The notes under the pieces are model-generated. The model did not search any database, was not told where the DNA came from, and was given only the letters and a program-made list of their open reading frames with translations. The translations under genes and the position numbers were made by a program. Positions 21,662 through 31,515 of a stretch of DNA of 64,000 nt are shown here, piece after piece. The DNA comes from a bacterium (lineage in GTDB: Bacteria > SAR324 > NAC60-12). The stretch covers positions 480,001-544,000 of the forward strand of contig CBDBHR010000029.1 in assembly GCA_965205865.1 (NCBI GenBank), given 5' to 3'. Position 1 is the first letter of the stretch, and every line of letters starts with the position of its first letter.

Positions 21662-22848
21662 GTCGTAGTCCCCTGATTGAACAACCATTCTTCCAATTGA
21701 GGCACATTTTTCGTTTTTAAGTCCAGAAAGTCTGCAGTTTGCTCGACGGTAATGCGCCCCTTGTGATAATGGCTGAAGACGGCTTCAATATACTTCTCAC
21801 CAAGATAAGAACCTTTGTTCCGATAATAATCACCTCCGGAACCACCACGTTCTTTTCGTTCATTCCACCATTGCCGCGTCTTCTTTTCGTAATCCTGCTG
21901 GCTGACTTGACCCCAATCGAGAAGTCGCCGCAAAATGGTTTCTCGACTCACACTATAAAAATCAGCCAATTCTTCAATTGTACTGTCAAGAATGGGCATT
22001 CCTGCTGAACGCGATTGGAAATCCGAAGAAGGCACCAGAAACTCGGAGGCAAATTGATTGCAAAGAATTTCTGTTTGTTTGTTGTCACCGGTCAAATGCT
22101 CAATATAATCGTCTCGCCAGGTATCCACTCCACCAGTTTGCATCAGTAAATGCGCCAGCTCATGGAACAGTGTAAAAATCTGCCGGGTCTTTGTATTGTT
22201 GTTGTTGACATAGATTACCGGAAAATTCACGTCATACATGCTGAATCCGGAAAAAGAATTGGCGTCAGGCTCCGTTTTCTTCTTTCCCGGGGGATTGAAG
22301 GTGTCCTTGAATACAAAAACACCATGATCTTCTAAAGCCATCCTCCAATGTTTAAAAGCGTCATCGGTATTTTGCCAACTCTGTTGATGAGTGAGTTGGA
22401 TGCCCAGATAGCCCCGGACTCTATCTGCCATTTTGGTAGCAGCAATAGAGGTGGTGAAGTCAAGATCACGCAGTATCAGGCTGTTTCCCGGATTCACGTT
22501 TTCATACAACTCAGAAAGATTCAGTTGTAATACCTTAGCTTTACGAAGAAGGTAAAGCATACGAGATGGGATGCGTTGCAACTCTTTTTCTGGCAAAGTG
22601 CGAAACGATTGTTCTATTGTTTCCTCTTCTGGTACTTCAGGGAAAAAGAATAGAGCAATAGGGCGTTTGTAGATATCGTATGCCAGGGTTTCCAACTGGA
22701 CATAGGTTGGTGATGCCTCACCACGTTCCCAAGCCTCTATCTCAGTCACTTTTTTCTTCATTCGCTTCGCCACATCCTTCAGTGAGAGATTCAGACTGAC
22801 ACGCGCCCAACATAGTACTTTTGGATTAATAGGAATTGGCTGGCTCAT
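21658..22848 (-). CDS. Xre HTH plus ImmA/IrrE (DUF955) zinc metallopeptidase
   Basis: N-terminal HTH (IEAWERGEASPTYVQL); FTLFHELAH HExxH; EILCNQFASEFLVP. Confidence 0.92.
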   Translation of the reverse strand: MSQPIPINPKVLCWARVSLNLSLKDVAKRMKKKVTEIEAWERGEASPTYVQLETLAYDIYKRPIALFFFPEVPEEETIEQSFRTLPEKELQRIPSRMLYLLRKAKVLQLNLSELYENVNPGNSLILRDLDFTTSIAATKMADRVRGYLGIQLTHQQSWQNTDDAFKHWRMALEDHGVFVFKDTFNPPGKKKTEPDANSFSGFSMYDVNFPVIYVNNNNTKTRQIFTLFHELAHLLMQTGGVDTWRDDYIEHLTGDNKQTEILCNQFASEFLVPSSDFQSRSAGMPILDSTIEELADFYSVSRETILRRLLDWGQVSQQDYEKKTRQWWNERKERGGSGGDYYRNKGSYLGEKYIEAVFSHYHKGRITVEQTADFLDLKTKNVPQLEEWLFNQGTTT

Positions 22849-22957
22849 ACTGTCATTGCCACAATAGTCATTGTACTATTACCAAGAATGTCCACCACGT
22901 TATTTGCCTCGAAATTGCATAATAGAAGTAGCGAACAATAGATTTAATTGTCACCAT

Positions 22958-23494
22958 TCAAACCAGCAAACGTCGATTCGCTGTCAGAACGGGTATTCCC
23001 CGACCTCTGAAATCAGCATCATTTGTCATCAGTGTCAATCCCTTGCTTTTGCAGAGTTCCGTTATAACCTGATCATTGAAGTCGGAATTACCTTGGGCAT
23101 AATCATTAAGCACATCATCAATTTTCAATTTGTCAAATCCACTGTCTATCTGTGAACAATGCTTCATAAAATTCTTGACATCGGCAGTAATATTTTGAGC
23201 AACTGGTTTGAAATATGAACTCTTGCGGAAATCTTTAAATTCTTTTTGCGTTGCTTTATTTCTCCATATAATTCTGGCATAGGTGTTAATAAACTCCGAA
23301 ATGATAAGGACATCAATGTAAATACGGCTTTTGGCTTTAAGAATACGCCTAAAAGCCTTAGAATAAACCCTCACGTGGTTGGGAGCCTTTGGACTTTGTG
23401 GTCCATAAAAATACAGCCAGATATTGGCATCCAGAAACAATTTGTCTTTGGAAGTAAAATTGTAATTGTTCACCCGTATTGCTTTATGCGTCAT
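22958..23494 (-). CDS. PIN-domain ribonuclease-like protein
   Basis: Acidic motifs LFLDANIW, ISEFIN, DFNDQVI, MTNDADF. Confidence 0.88.
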   Translation of the reverse strand: MTHKAIRVNNYNFTSKDKLFLDANIWLYFYGPQSPKAPNHVRVYSKAFRRILKAKSRIYIDVLIISEFINTYARIIWRNKATQKEFKDFRKSSYFKPVAQNITADVKNFMKHCSQIDSGFDKLKIDDVLNDYAQGNSDFNDQVITELCKSKGLTLMTNDADFRGRGIPVLTANRRLLV

Positions 23495-23849
23495 CGTCCT
23501 CATCCTCCAGCGTCTCGCGAACTACCTGGTCGAATCTCTGCGGATCCTTGAAATACATTTTGGCCGTGTCAACGACGCGCTTCAACAGTTCCCGATCATC
23601 TGGCTCTATGTCTTCCACCTTCAGCAGGGAACGAATTTGTTCTTCGCTGAAGGTCCCATACAATTGACCAATGGCGGCATTCAGAAAGGCCGAGGTCAAC
23701 GTAGAAACATTTCGAAATGAAAGTGCGACCTTAAAGTGCTCTTTAAGAGCGAAATCAAGGCGGTCATAGACTTTCTGACCGTCGCCGGAAGCCACGCACA
23801 GGGGGCTGCCCACTACTTCAAATATGGCTATTGTAATCTCTTTTTGCAT
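23484..23849 (-). CDS. STAS-like domain protein (DUF4325-like)
   Basis: GQKVY...VALSFRNVSTLTSAFLNAAIGQLY; AGGAGG RBS. Confidence 0.85.
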   Translation of the reverse strand: MQKEITIAIFEVVGSPLCVASGDGQKVYDRLDFALKEHFKVALSFRNVSTLTSAFLNAAIGQLYGTFSEEQIRSLLKVEDIEPDDRELLKRVVDTAKMYFKDPQRFDQVVRETLEDEDDDA

Positions 23850-23858
23850 AGTCACCTC

Positions 23859-24731
23859 CTAAAAAATGTCCTCTTCGGTTAGCTCGGAAGCAAGGGCGTA
23901 AGACTGTGTGTCCGCCGTATTGATTTCCACACTTACTACAGTACCGGGGAAAGGATAGTTTAACGTTGAGGTAAAAATTTCCCCTTTTTCTCGCTTCCAA
24001 AAACCTGTATCTGAAACAATCTGAATGCGGCCACCATTCAGGTCAATGAACTCACATAACAACTTCAGTCCCAATCCACCCGGAACATTGCCCTGCTTGG
24101 TCGTGTTATTGGCGTTGGTAGCCCAGATAATCGCCTTTTCCGACGAAAGTTCAAGTCCGGTATGGTCTATTATATTTTGACGCATACCCACTCCTAGATC
24201 AGCCACTGTAAAATCAAGACGATGTTTAGTAGGAAAAAACTGTCCACAACTAAAGATTCCTAACTTAGTACGCGAATGCAATACGGCATTGCTGAATATC
24301 TCAAAGATGCTCTCGCGGAATTTTTTTAACAACCCTGAAGTCATTTCAGGCATTTCGGAACGGTTTATAAACTCGTTTTCAATATAACCTGCGAAATAGC
24401 GGTCATCTTCAACATCAAATCGTTGATAGGAAATGGTCGTTCCCCAAGAATCCGAGATTTGCTGCCGACCATAGTGACTCAAGAATCCGTTTTTTGAAAG
24501 AATACGTTCAACTCCGGGCCGGATATTGAGCAAATTGATTGTGTTCAAATTGTTTCCCAAGAGGTAAAGTATTGCGCCAAGTGCCGCGCACATATCAGCA
24601 TCAAACCAATGAGTTGCGCTCATGTCAATTTCGACATCAGCAAAAAAACATTCTCTGGTCCGTGCATGGAGATACGCCAATTCTTTAAAACTTTCCTCGT
24701 CATGATGAATCACCGGTAGAGGGAATCTCAT
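23859..24731 (-). CDS. STAS-like N-terminus plus GHKL/HATPase (anti-sigma-kinase-like) protein
   Basis: [18 protein letters not shown]-box [12 protein letters not shown]1 VADLGVG, G2 GGLGL, G3 GTVV; no HisKA H-box seen. Confidence 0.82.
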   Translation of the reverse strand: MRFPLPVIHHDEESFKELAYLHARTRECFFADVEIDMSATHWFDADMCAALGAILYLLGNNLNTINLLNIRPGVERILSKNGFLSHYGRQQISDSWGTTISYQRFDVEDDRYFAGYIENEFINRSEMPEMTSGLLKKFRESIFEIFSNAVLHSRTKLGIFSCGQFFPTKHRLDFTVADLGVGMRQNIIDHTGLELSSEKAIIWATNANNTTKQGNVPGGLGLKLLCEFIDLNGGRIQIVSDTGFWKREKGEIFTSTLNYPFPGTVVSVEINTADTQSYALASELTEEDIF

Positions 24732-26941
24732 ACGGTCACCTCCACGATCGTCATGGTGTCGTTACCAAAAATGTCCACCACTTTGACGGCGAGCTTGCGT
24801 CGTCCGGTCGGACATTCGTGGGCGACGCTGGTCAATTCCAACGTCCGGTCTTTTTTGGTACGGAAACTCTGCCACTCGTTCTCGAAGACGTAATCGCCGG
24901 TCCACTGTTCTTCCCACTGACCCGTTTCGGGATCTTGCGCGCGGATGATTTCACGTTTGCTCTCGAAGTCGAAATCCACCGACCAGTAATCGATCCAATC
25001 CGTCCAGTGCCGGGTCAGCATTTCGCGTTGGACGATCCCGTTCGCATCGATTCGCACTTTGACGATCTGTCCCTTTTCCACCACGATTTTACTACCGGCT
25101 TTCCTGTTCGCCGACAAGGACGTCTCGGCAACGGCAATCGAATCCTGCGAGTAGAACACCGAAAAATCGCTCAACTCCACCGCCACCGTGGGAGACGCGC
25201 CCTTCTTACCCGCACTGACATGTGGCTTGACTTCGATGAATGCCACGTCATGGAACACCACCTGATTGCGCTCCACCGCCCGCTTGTCGAATACCTCGGC
25301 GGGAATGTATTTGGGCGCGACGTCGATGCCCCTGGCACGAGCTTCGTCCAGCACGTTGGGAAACAGTCCCATCTCGAACTCGAAGCCGAGGATGTCCACC
25401 CTGGTGATGCGATTCTTGCGGCACTCGAGGATAATTTCTTCCACGTACAACCTGGTGACGGGTAGGTTCACCGGCCCCACCGCCACCAGCCGACCCGCTT
25501 TCCTGCCGTGGAAAGCGACGAAGTGCGCAATCTTTTCCGCTTGGTAGGCGCGCAGGATCAGGTCCAGGAAGGTGGCTTCCTTTTCTTGCAATTGCTTCTG
25601 CTGCTCGGCTTCGCGCAGGTTGGGATTGACGCCGATGTAGTGTTGCCGCTCGTACTTACCGAGGTTGAGGATTTCAAAGGCGCGGTAGTCCTTACCCTTG
25701 GCCTTGAGTCGACGCTGCACGCCGATCATGCGCTTGCGCGTGGTGTGGATGGCGAACTTGCCGAGATCGCTGCAAATCCACTTGCGCCCCAGTTTCTCCG
25801 CCACCGCCGCCGTGGTGCCGGAACCACAGAAGAAATCGGCGACCAGATCGCCTTCGTTGGAAGAAGCTTTGATGATGCGCTCGATGATTTCTGAAGGCTT
25901 TTGAGTAGGGTAACCAGTCCTGTCTTTAGCAACTTGATTTAACTGTGGAATATCGTCCCAATAATCCAAACATAATGTCCCATCCTTCATGTAATAGCGC
26001 ATTACCAATTCCGGGTTTGTCTTTTCCCAATCCGGTGACACATCACGTGCTCCTTTTATAGGACTATCTCTAATAAAACGCCCAATCAATCTATAAGGAC
26101 CTTTTTCATCTTCGTATTTGTATCTTGCTTTTTGCTCATCATTTAGTGGCTTCATAACCGATTGGAAGTTGTAGATCCAACTATTAGATTTTGTGTAAAA
26201 ATATATTGTGTCATGGCGCCTACCATAAGCAACCTTAGGGATTCGACCTCCTGTATAACACCATGAAATTTCGTTTCTAAATCCAGCTTTGTCATTGTCT
26301 CCACCTTTTCCAAAGATATCATCTAGCACTAACCGAATCATGCTATTTACACGAGGATCACAATGCACATAAATGCTTCCATCTTCGGCCAGTAGATCTC
26401 GCATGAGAATCAATCGTTCGTAGATCATAGCGATGAAGGAATCCGCGCCTTTGCCCCAGGTGTCGCGGTAGGCGATTTCTTCGAGGATGTTCGGTTTTTT
26501 GGTGAAGGTATCTCCGCCGATCTCGATATCCATGGAAAAATCAGCGCCGACGTCGAAGGGCGGGTCGATATAGATCAGTTTGAGGCCGCCCTGATTTTCG
26601 ATTTCCTCGCGCAGGGGTCCGTTCTTCAGGGAGGACAAAATCAACTTGTTGTCGCCCCAGATGAGCTTGTTGGTCCAGCCACTGAGTTGGCGCCCGCGCT
26701 CATCGAAGAGGGACATCTGGGTTTGCGTGTCCTCGGTTTTTTCCGCCCTCGGCTCGTCCACCTGTTCGATGGTCTGAAAAGGGAGCACGACGTGGCAGAC
26801 CTCGTTGGTTTTGCCGTTCCAGACCAATTCCACTTCTCGTTTGTCCTCAAACAGCAGAAAACGGTACTTCTCCGGCAAGGGTTTGTCAGCTTCCAGAAAA
26901 CGGATGATTTCCTGTTGTTCCTGTTCCGTCAGTCGTGGCAT
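24728..26941 (-). CDS. mod: Type III R-M DNA methyltransferase Mod
   Basis: IYIDPPF (motif IV) before DFFCGSGTT (motif I), beta-class order; YPTQKP. Confidence 0.92.
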   Translation of the reverse strand: MPRLTEQEQQEIIRFLEADKPLPEKYRFLLFEDKREVELVWNGKTNEVCHVVLPFQTIEQVDEPRAEKTEDTQTQMSLFDERGRQLSGWTNKLIWGDNKLILSSLKNGPLREEIENQGGLKLIYIDPPFDVGADFSMDIEIGGDTFTKKPNILEEIAYRDTWGKGADSFIAMIYERLILMRDLLAEDGSIYVHCDPRVNSMIRLVLDDIFGKGGDNDKAGFRNEISWCYTGGRIPKVAYGRRHDTIYFYTKSNSWIYNFQSVMKPLNDEQKARYKYEDEKGPYRLIGRFIRDSPIKGARDVSPDWEKTNPELVMRYYMKDGTLCLDYWDDIPQLNQVAKDRTGYPTQKPSEIIERIIKASSNEGDLVADFFCGSGTTAAVAEKLGRKWICSDLGKFAIHTTRKRMIGVQRRLKAKGKDYRAFEILNLGKYERQHYIGVNPNLREAEQQKQLQEKEATFLDLILRAYQAEKIAHFVAFHGRKAGRLVAVGPVNLPVTRLYVEEIILECRKNRITRVDILGFEFEMGLFPNVLDEARARGIDVAPKYIPAEVFDKRAVERNQVVFHDVAFIEVKPHVSAGKKGASPTVAVELSDFSVFYSQDSIAVAETSLSANRKAGSKIVVEKGQIVKVRIDANGIVQREMLTRHWTDWIDYWSVDFDFESKREIIRAQDPETGQWEEQWTGDYVFENEWQSFRTKKDRTLELTSVAHECPTGRRKLAVKVVDIFGNDTMTIVEVTV

Positions 26942-27065
26942 GAGTCACTATTCTAATGATTAATGGAGACCCCCCAAGTTGGGTGAATAACAATAGCAAA
27001 GTATTCAACCCGCCAGCATGGACGCCACGCGGGGGGCCAAAAATCTCGATGGCTCATTGGATATT

Positions 27066-27365
27066 TCAGAACAACGGTCTTGCAAAACGGTCGATATGTT
27101 CTTTCAATGGGGGGTGATGGATCAGTTCATACGCTTTGACGTCGACTTTATAAGGCAAACTGCTTTCTTGAAAGCAAGTCCACAAACGGTCATTCGTTGC
27201 TTCATCGAGTTTACCGTATAGCACCAGATCGATATCCGAATAACTCTTGTAAGTCCCGGTTGCCCTGGAACCAAACAAAGCTACGGATTCAACGGCAGGG
27301 GCGACGTCTTTGATAATTTCGCTGATCAAGCCGAGCTGCCTTTTGTTCAAACCATGAGCAATCAT
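27066..27365 (-). CDS. Minimal nucleotidyltransferase (MNT) antitoxin
   Basis: LFGSRATG...SDIDL...KVDV. Confidence 0.9.
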   Translation of the reverse strand: MIAHGLNKRQLGLISEIIKDVAPAVESVALFGSRATGTYKSYSDIDLVLYGKLDEATNDRLWTCFQESSLPYKVDVKAYELIHHPPLKEHIDRFARPLF

Positions 27366-27790
27366 CATTGCAACCGTCCATATTCTTCGGATAGTTTTTC
27401 ATACAACTCACCAAACAGGTTCAGATACTTTGCCTCTATTTGTTTTATAACGGAATCGAACTTACTGAAATCATAAGTATGACTCATTTTATTGCGCGCG
27501 TCCAAGGCGTTCATCCAGTCTTCTCCCTTGGACAGTAGTTTGGCAGCGACCGCTTCTTTAATTACGGCTCTCGGGGTGATTTGTTCAAAAACGACATTTT
27601 GGTTTTCCAGATAGTCTTTGACGGTCTTCCATGCGAGTTCCGTGCAGTACTCGAATCGTTGAATCAATCCTTCTTTGGCAAGTTGGTTCAGCTCTTCTTC
27701 TCGATAACTTTCCACCGCCTCTTGCAACAGAAAATACGCCCTCTTGAAATTATCGAATCGGTATTGCCAGCGTTTCTTTTCTGCCGTCAT
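27365..27790 (-). CDS. HEPN protein, HI0074-like
   Basis: GLIQRFEYCTELAWK; RNKMSH (Rx4H) motif. Confidence 0.9.
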   Translation of the reverse strand: MTAEKKRWQYRFDNFKRAYFLLQEAVESYREEELNQLAKEGLIQRFEYCTELAWKTVKDYLENQNVVFEQITPRAVIKEAVAAKLLSKGEDWMNALDARNKMSHTYDFSKFDSVIKQIEAKYLNLFGELYEKLSEEYGRLQ

Positions 27791-27827
27791 GGTAACTCCT
27801 CTTGATCAACTGAAGGAACAAAAGTTT

Positions 27828-28517
27828 TCAAATGTTGAAGCGGATTTCGATGATTTCCCGGGGTTGCACGATATAATCCCTGTCCGTTAGTTTGACCACC
27901 CCTTTTGATTTGCATTCGTTGAGATTGTGGCATCTCATATAATCTTCGAATGCAACCACGGTTCCTTTAATAAATCCCCGGGCCAGGTCGCTGTGAATTT
28001 TGGCGGCGCAGCTGAGGATGTCGGAGTTCTTTTTGACCAGCCAGGCATGCGCTTCATTAGGTGCCGAAGTGTAGAAAAACATATAGTCTGCCTTTTCCAA
28101 CGCTGACTCGATGACGGTGTTGACGGTTTCACCGCCTTCCAACTGTATGACCGGCTTGAAACTGAAGGGGGCCAAGGTACGGAGGACTCCTTTTTCCTCT
28201 TCGCTGAATCCTGCATCACAAAGCGGGATTTCCTGATCCAGCACTCGCAAACATTTATCCACCAGTTTTTTTTCACGAGGTTCCCCGACCCGGCTCAGTC
28301 GCGTTTCCATTTTTTCCATGTCCAGGATCAACAAGTCCAACAATTTGTCTTTGGGTAGCACAATGACTTCACACCGGTTGAATTCATCGCGGAACAACTC
28401 TGCAAAAAACGGGGCGATTTTTCGAGGTCTGTCTTTTTCTTGCAGCGCTGTCAGGTACTCATCGTGGTATTTGATCTTTCCTTCAGGCAATTCCATGCCG
28501 GTGAAAGCTATTTTCAT
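27828..28517 (-). CDS. DUF933-domain (YchF C-terminal-like) protein lacking a P-loop
   Basis: FFYT...EAHAW...AAKIHSDLARGFIKG...DYIVQ; no GxxxxGKS. Confidence 0.8.
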   Translation of the reverse strand: MKIAFTGMELPEGKIKYHDEYLTALQEKDRPRKIAPFFAELFRDEFNRCEVIVLPKDKLLDLLILDMEKMETRLSRVGEPREKKLVDKCLRVLDQEIPLCDAGFSEEEKGVLRTLAPFSFKPVIQLEGGETVNTVIESALEKADYMFFYTSAPNEAHAWLVKKNSDILSCAAKIHSDLARGFIKGTVVAFEDYMRCHNLNECKSKGVVKLTDRDYIVQPREIIEIRFNI

Positions 28518-28570
28518 GATCACGCTCCGCAAAAACGGGGGAGACGAAACAAATCCATATCCCCTTTTTC

Positions 28571-29830
28571 TTAAGCCAGGAATGGGATGGTCATGGGGCC
28601 TTCCGGCAAGACGGCGACAGGGGCGTCCTCACCGAGTTGACCAATTTCCTTTGCAATAAAGGCATTGATGTCTTCGATGGGCTCCATATGCGCGCGTTGC
28701 ACCTCCCCGGCATCGAGATCACTATAGACGGCCACGCGGGCCTTCAACAGAATGAGCGACAAAAGTTGATTTTGCCACTGGTCGGGTTTTTGGAATGGAG
28801 GGGTATGCAATGCTTCGAGAAATGCTTTGGGCGCGTAGTCGAAGAGCATCTGGCGAAAGCTGCCATGATTGGGGAAACCGTCATTGCAACGCGCCGCCAT
28901 GATGATCAATCCACCAGGCGCAACGATCTGCGCGGCGGCAGACATGCCTTTCACCGATTGATAAAGATTTTGATCCAGGGGGAAGCCACTGTTGCTGGTG
29001 ATCACCACCGGATACTGCCGGGAACAGGAAACCATGGCAGTTGATTTGGCAAAACGACAACCTTCTTGATGGGCTAGCGAAACGTTTCCACAAAAAAAAC
29101 GGGTGATCCGCTGTTGGTGATTCAAGGTTACGTTGATACAGAAATCAATAGGAATCAATGATCCATAACGCTGGATTTGCTCCTGGGTTGGATTATTTTC
29201 CAGCACGCCCCAAGTGCTGCGAGGGTCTTGAATCACTGAGGCGCGGTGATAATGTTGAATGGAGGCAATGTCGGCAATACCGGGAAACACGGCTTTGAAT
29301 CCTCCGGAAAATCCGGCCATGAAATGCGGTTCGATGAATCCCATGATGATCCGTTTATCGGCCTGCGCATAGTTTTTGTTCATCAATATGGGATAACCCC
29401 CTTCTCGTTTGCCGACCTCCTGTAAAGTGGAGGGATCGAAACCATTGTGATTGACCACCAGATATTGCCTCGCCACTTTTTTGCCGACCATCGCTTCAAT
29501 CTCATCGGGCGTGTTTTGACGATGGGTGCCCGTCCCGAGAACGATGGTGAAATTTTCCGCGGGGACGTGATGCAGTTCCTCGAATAACCAGGGAAGCAGT
29601 CGCTCCGATGGCAAGGCGCGTGTGATGTCCGGGATGACGACAGCTACTTTATCGTCTGCAGCGATCAATTTCCTCAGGGGGGCGCTGCCGATGGGATCCG
29701 CAACCGCTTTCTTGAATGCCCGAGCTTCATCTGGCAAGCCTGGAATGAACTGCGGACGGATTTCCCTCACCTGCTCGCTGGGAATCGTCACTTCGATGCT
29801 TTCTTTGCCATAAGGAAGTTGCGCCTTCAT
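28571..29830 (-). CDS. larA: LarA-family nickel-pincer-dependent racemase/epimerase
   Basis: LPYGK, PDITR, GTGTHR, EPHFMAGFSGGFK, DQNLYQSVKGM, DQWQ. Confidence 0.9.
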   Translation of the reverse strand: MKAQLPYGKESIEVTIPSEQVREIRPQFIPGLPDEARAFKKAVADPIGSAPLRKLIAADDKVAVVIPDITRALPSERLLPWLFEELHHVPAENFTIVLGTGTHRQNTPDEIEAMVGKKVARQYLVVNHNGFDPSTLQEVGKREGGYPILMNKNYAQADKRIIMGFIEPHFMAGFSGGFKAVFPGIADIASIQHYHRASVIQDPRSTWGVLENNPTQEQIQRYGSLIPIDFCINVTLNHQQRITRFFCGNVSLAHQEGCRFAKSTAMVSCSRQYPVVITSNSGFPLDQNLYQSVKGMSAAAQIVAPGGLIIMAARCNDGFPNHGSFRQMLFDYAPKAFLEALHTPPFQKPDQWQNQLLSLILLKARVAVYSDLDAGEVQRAHMEPIEDINAFIAKEIGQLGEDAPVAVLPEGPMTIPFLA

Positions 29831-30204
29831 CTTCGTTCTCCTTTTTCTTTCAAGACTTCTTCCAGTTTGAGAAATGCGTCCCATGCTGCAGGAAAACCGG
29901 CGTAAACGGCAACCTGCATCAATGCTTCAAAAATCTCATCGATGGTGGCTCCATTGTTGAGCGCCATTTCAAAGTTGAGTTTGAGGGCATTGTTGCGACC
30001 GAGGGCGGCCAAAATACCGATACTGCACAAAGAGCGGGTTTTCAGGTCAATGCCCTCTCTGGTCCAGAAACGCCCTCCGACGACTGCAACCACTTCCTTC
30101 TCGAAATCCGGGCAAACGGATTGGAAGCGCGCGATCAGTTGGTCGATCCGCTCATTGCCCAGCATTTTTCTGAATTGTTCCAATCCGCGTTCGTAATCAT
30201 TCAT
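29827..30204 (-). CDS. Carboxymuconolactone decarboxylase-family protein
   Basis: WTREGIDLKTRSL...ALNNGAT..EI.E...QVAVYAGFPAA. Confidence 0.88.
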   Translation of the reverse strand: MNDYERGLEQFRKMLGNERIDQLIARFQSVCPDFEKEVVAVVGGRFWTREGIDLKTRSLCSIGILAALGRNNALKLNFEMALNNGATIDEIFEALMQVAVYAGFPAAWDAFLKLEEVLKEKGERR

Positions 30205-30267
30205 CTTTGCATTCCTTTGGGAAACCCTATCATTTTTATGCTTCGAATAAAAGCGCCGGTTTTGCTA

Positions 30268-31491
30268 TATGGATCAGCCGTGCCCAACTCGCGCTGGCTT
30301 TAGCCTTTCCTTTGATCTTTTCCCTCTCCATTGGGCTCTCTCCTCTTTTTTCTTTTCTCTCCTTGCCTCGATAAGAACTGCTATAGATGCCATAATAATA
30401 AGTGATCGTTTCGTAGGGTGAGGGAAGATGGCCCTGCCAAAAGAGCCATAAACTCAAAGACTTCGTAATGGGCCTTCTTGGCGGAGGACATTTTGTTTTG
30501 TTTCTCATAAATTGTTACGGTGTTCTCCTCGGGATTATACTCCACTCTCTCTACGGAGATAGCCGCTCGGCTCATATATCTCGCAATTTTTTCAATACGA
30601 TCCCCATTGGCCCCATTTATTTTTTGTTCACTATGGACCTGAAAACCGGAGTTATACTGTGAACGGATGATTTCTTCATTTTTGTCATCCTGAGGGAACC
30701 GAAGGATCTTCTTGATTCCCATGAGATTCTTGCTTAGGCAGCCCCCTTAGCTCGGAATGACAGGTCTTTTGAAAAGTGAAATTTAAACCCGTTTAGAGTA
30801 TATGATTCCAGGACATCAACAGGTCGATGATTTCCTGGGTGATGATTTCCTGTTTGAATAAGATTGCCAACAGTCTTGCTCTGAATAGTTGTGCTATCAC
30901 ATCGGTAGAAATGGTAAACGGTTGGTAGAATGTATCGTCTTTGAGAATTCCAGCAAGAACCAGCGCATGGATGTGAGGATGAAAGTTGAAGAGAGAACCG
31001 TAGGATTGAATACAAAAGATGCCACCAGTATATTCGTCCTTCATGCCTAAGGTTTCGTGAAAATATTGTTTGATGGCAAAATTGGCACTTTGGATCAGCA
31101 ATTTTAGTAGTTTTCTGTTTCTGCGGAAATAGCCTCTCAATAATTTAGGGATCGTAAAGGTTATATGAAGGTGAGGAAACGGCTTGACGATTTCGCGGAC
31201 TTTCTCTGAAAACAGGATCGATCTTTTGGTCGCGCAACTGGGACAGATCATTCTTTTTTTGCAGGAAAACGCCACAAAAAAGTCGGTTCCACATTCACAC
31301 CTCACCCGAGCTACTCCGTTCTCAGGAATCCCACAGTCCAGATACGCGTAAATGGCTGACATGACATCTTTTCTTAGGTAGCCATAATCCTCCTCAAAGA
31401 GTTCCGGATAGTTCCTTTCAAACGCTTCAAAGTTGGCTTCAAGAATGCGATTGTATTCTGTTCTTTCCGGGTGTCTTCTCTTGTATATCAA
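30268..31491 (-). mobile_element. IS91-family (HUH/Y2) transposase pseudogene: MITE insertion, +1 G near 30431, 3' truncated
   Basis: Zn finger CECG...CKKRMICPSC, HPHIH, YMSR, YYGIYS. Confidence 0.88.
30655..30800. mobile_element. 146-bp IS630-type MITE with TA duplication and internal REP-like palindrome
   Basis: Ends TACTGTGAACGG / CCGTTTAGAGTA, TA on both sides; removing it restores transposase SWNH-NSGF. Confidence 0.88.
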
Positions 31492-31515
31492 GACATCATC
31501 CTCTTCAGTTAGCTA

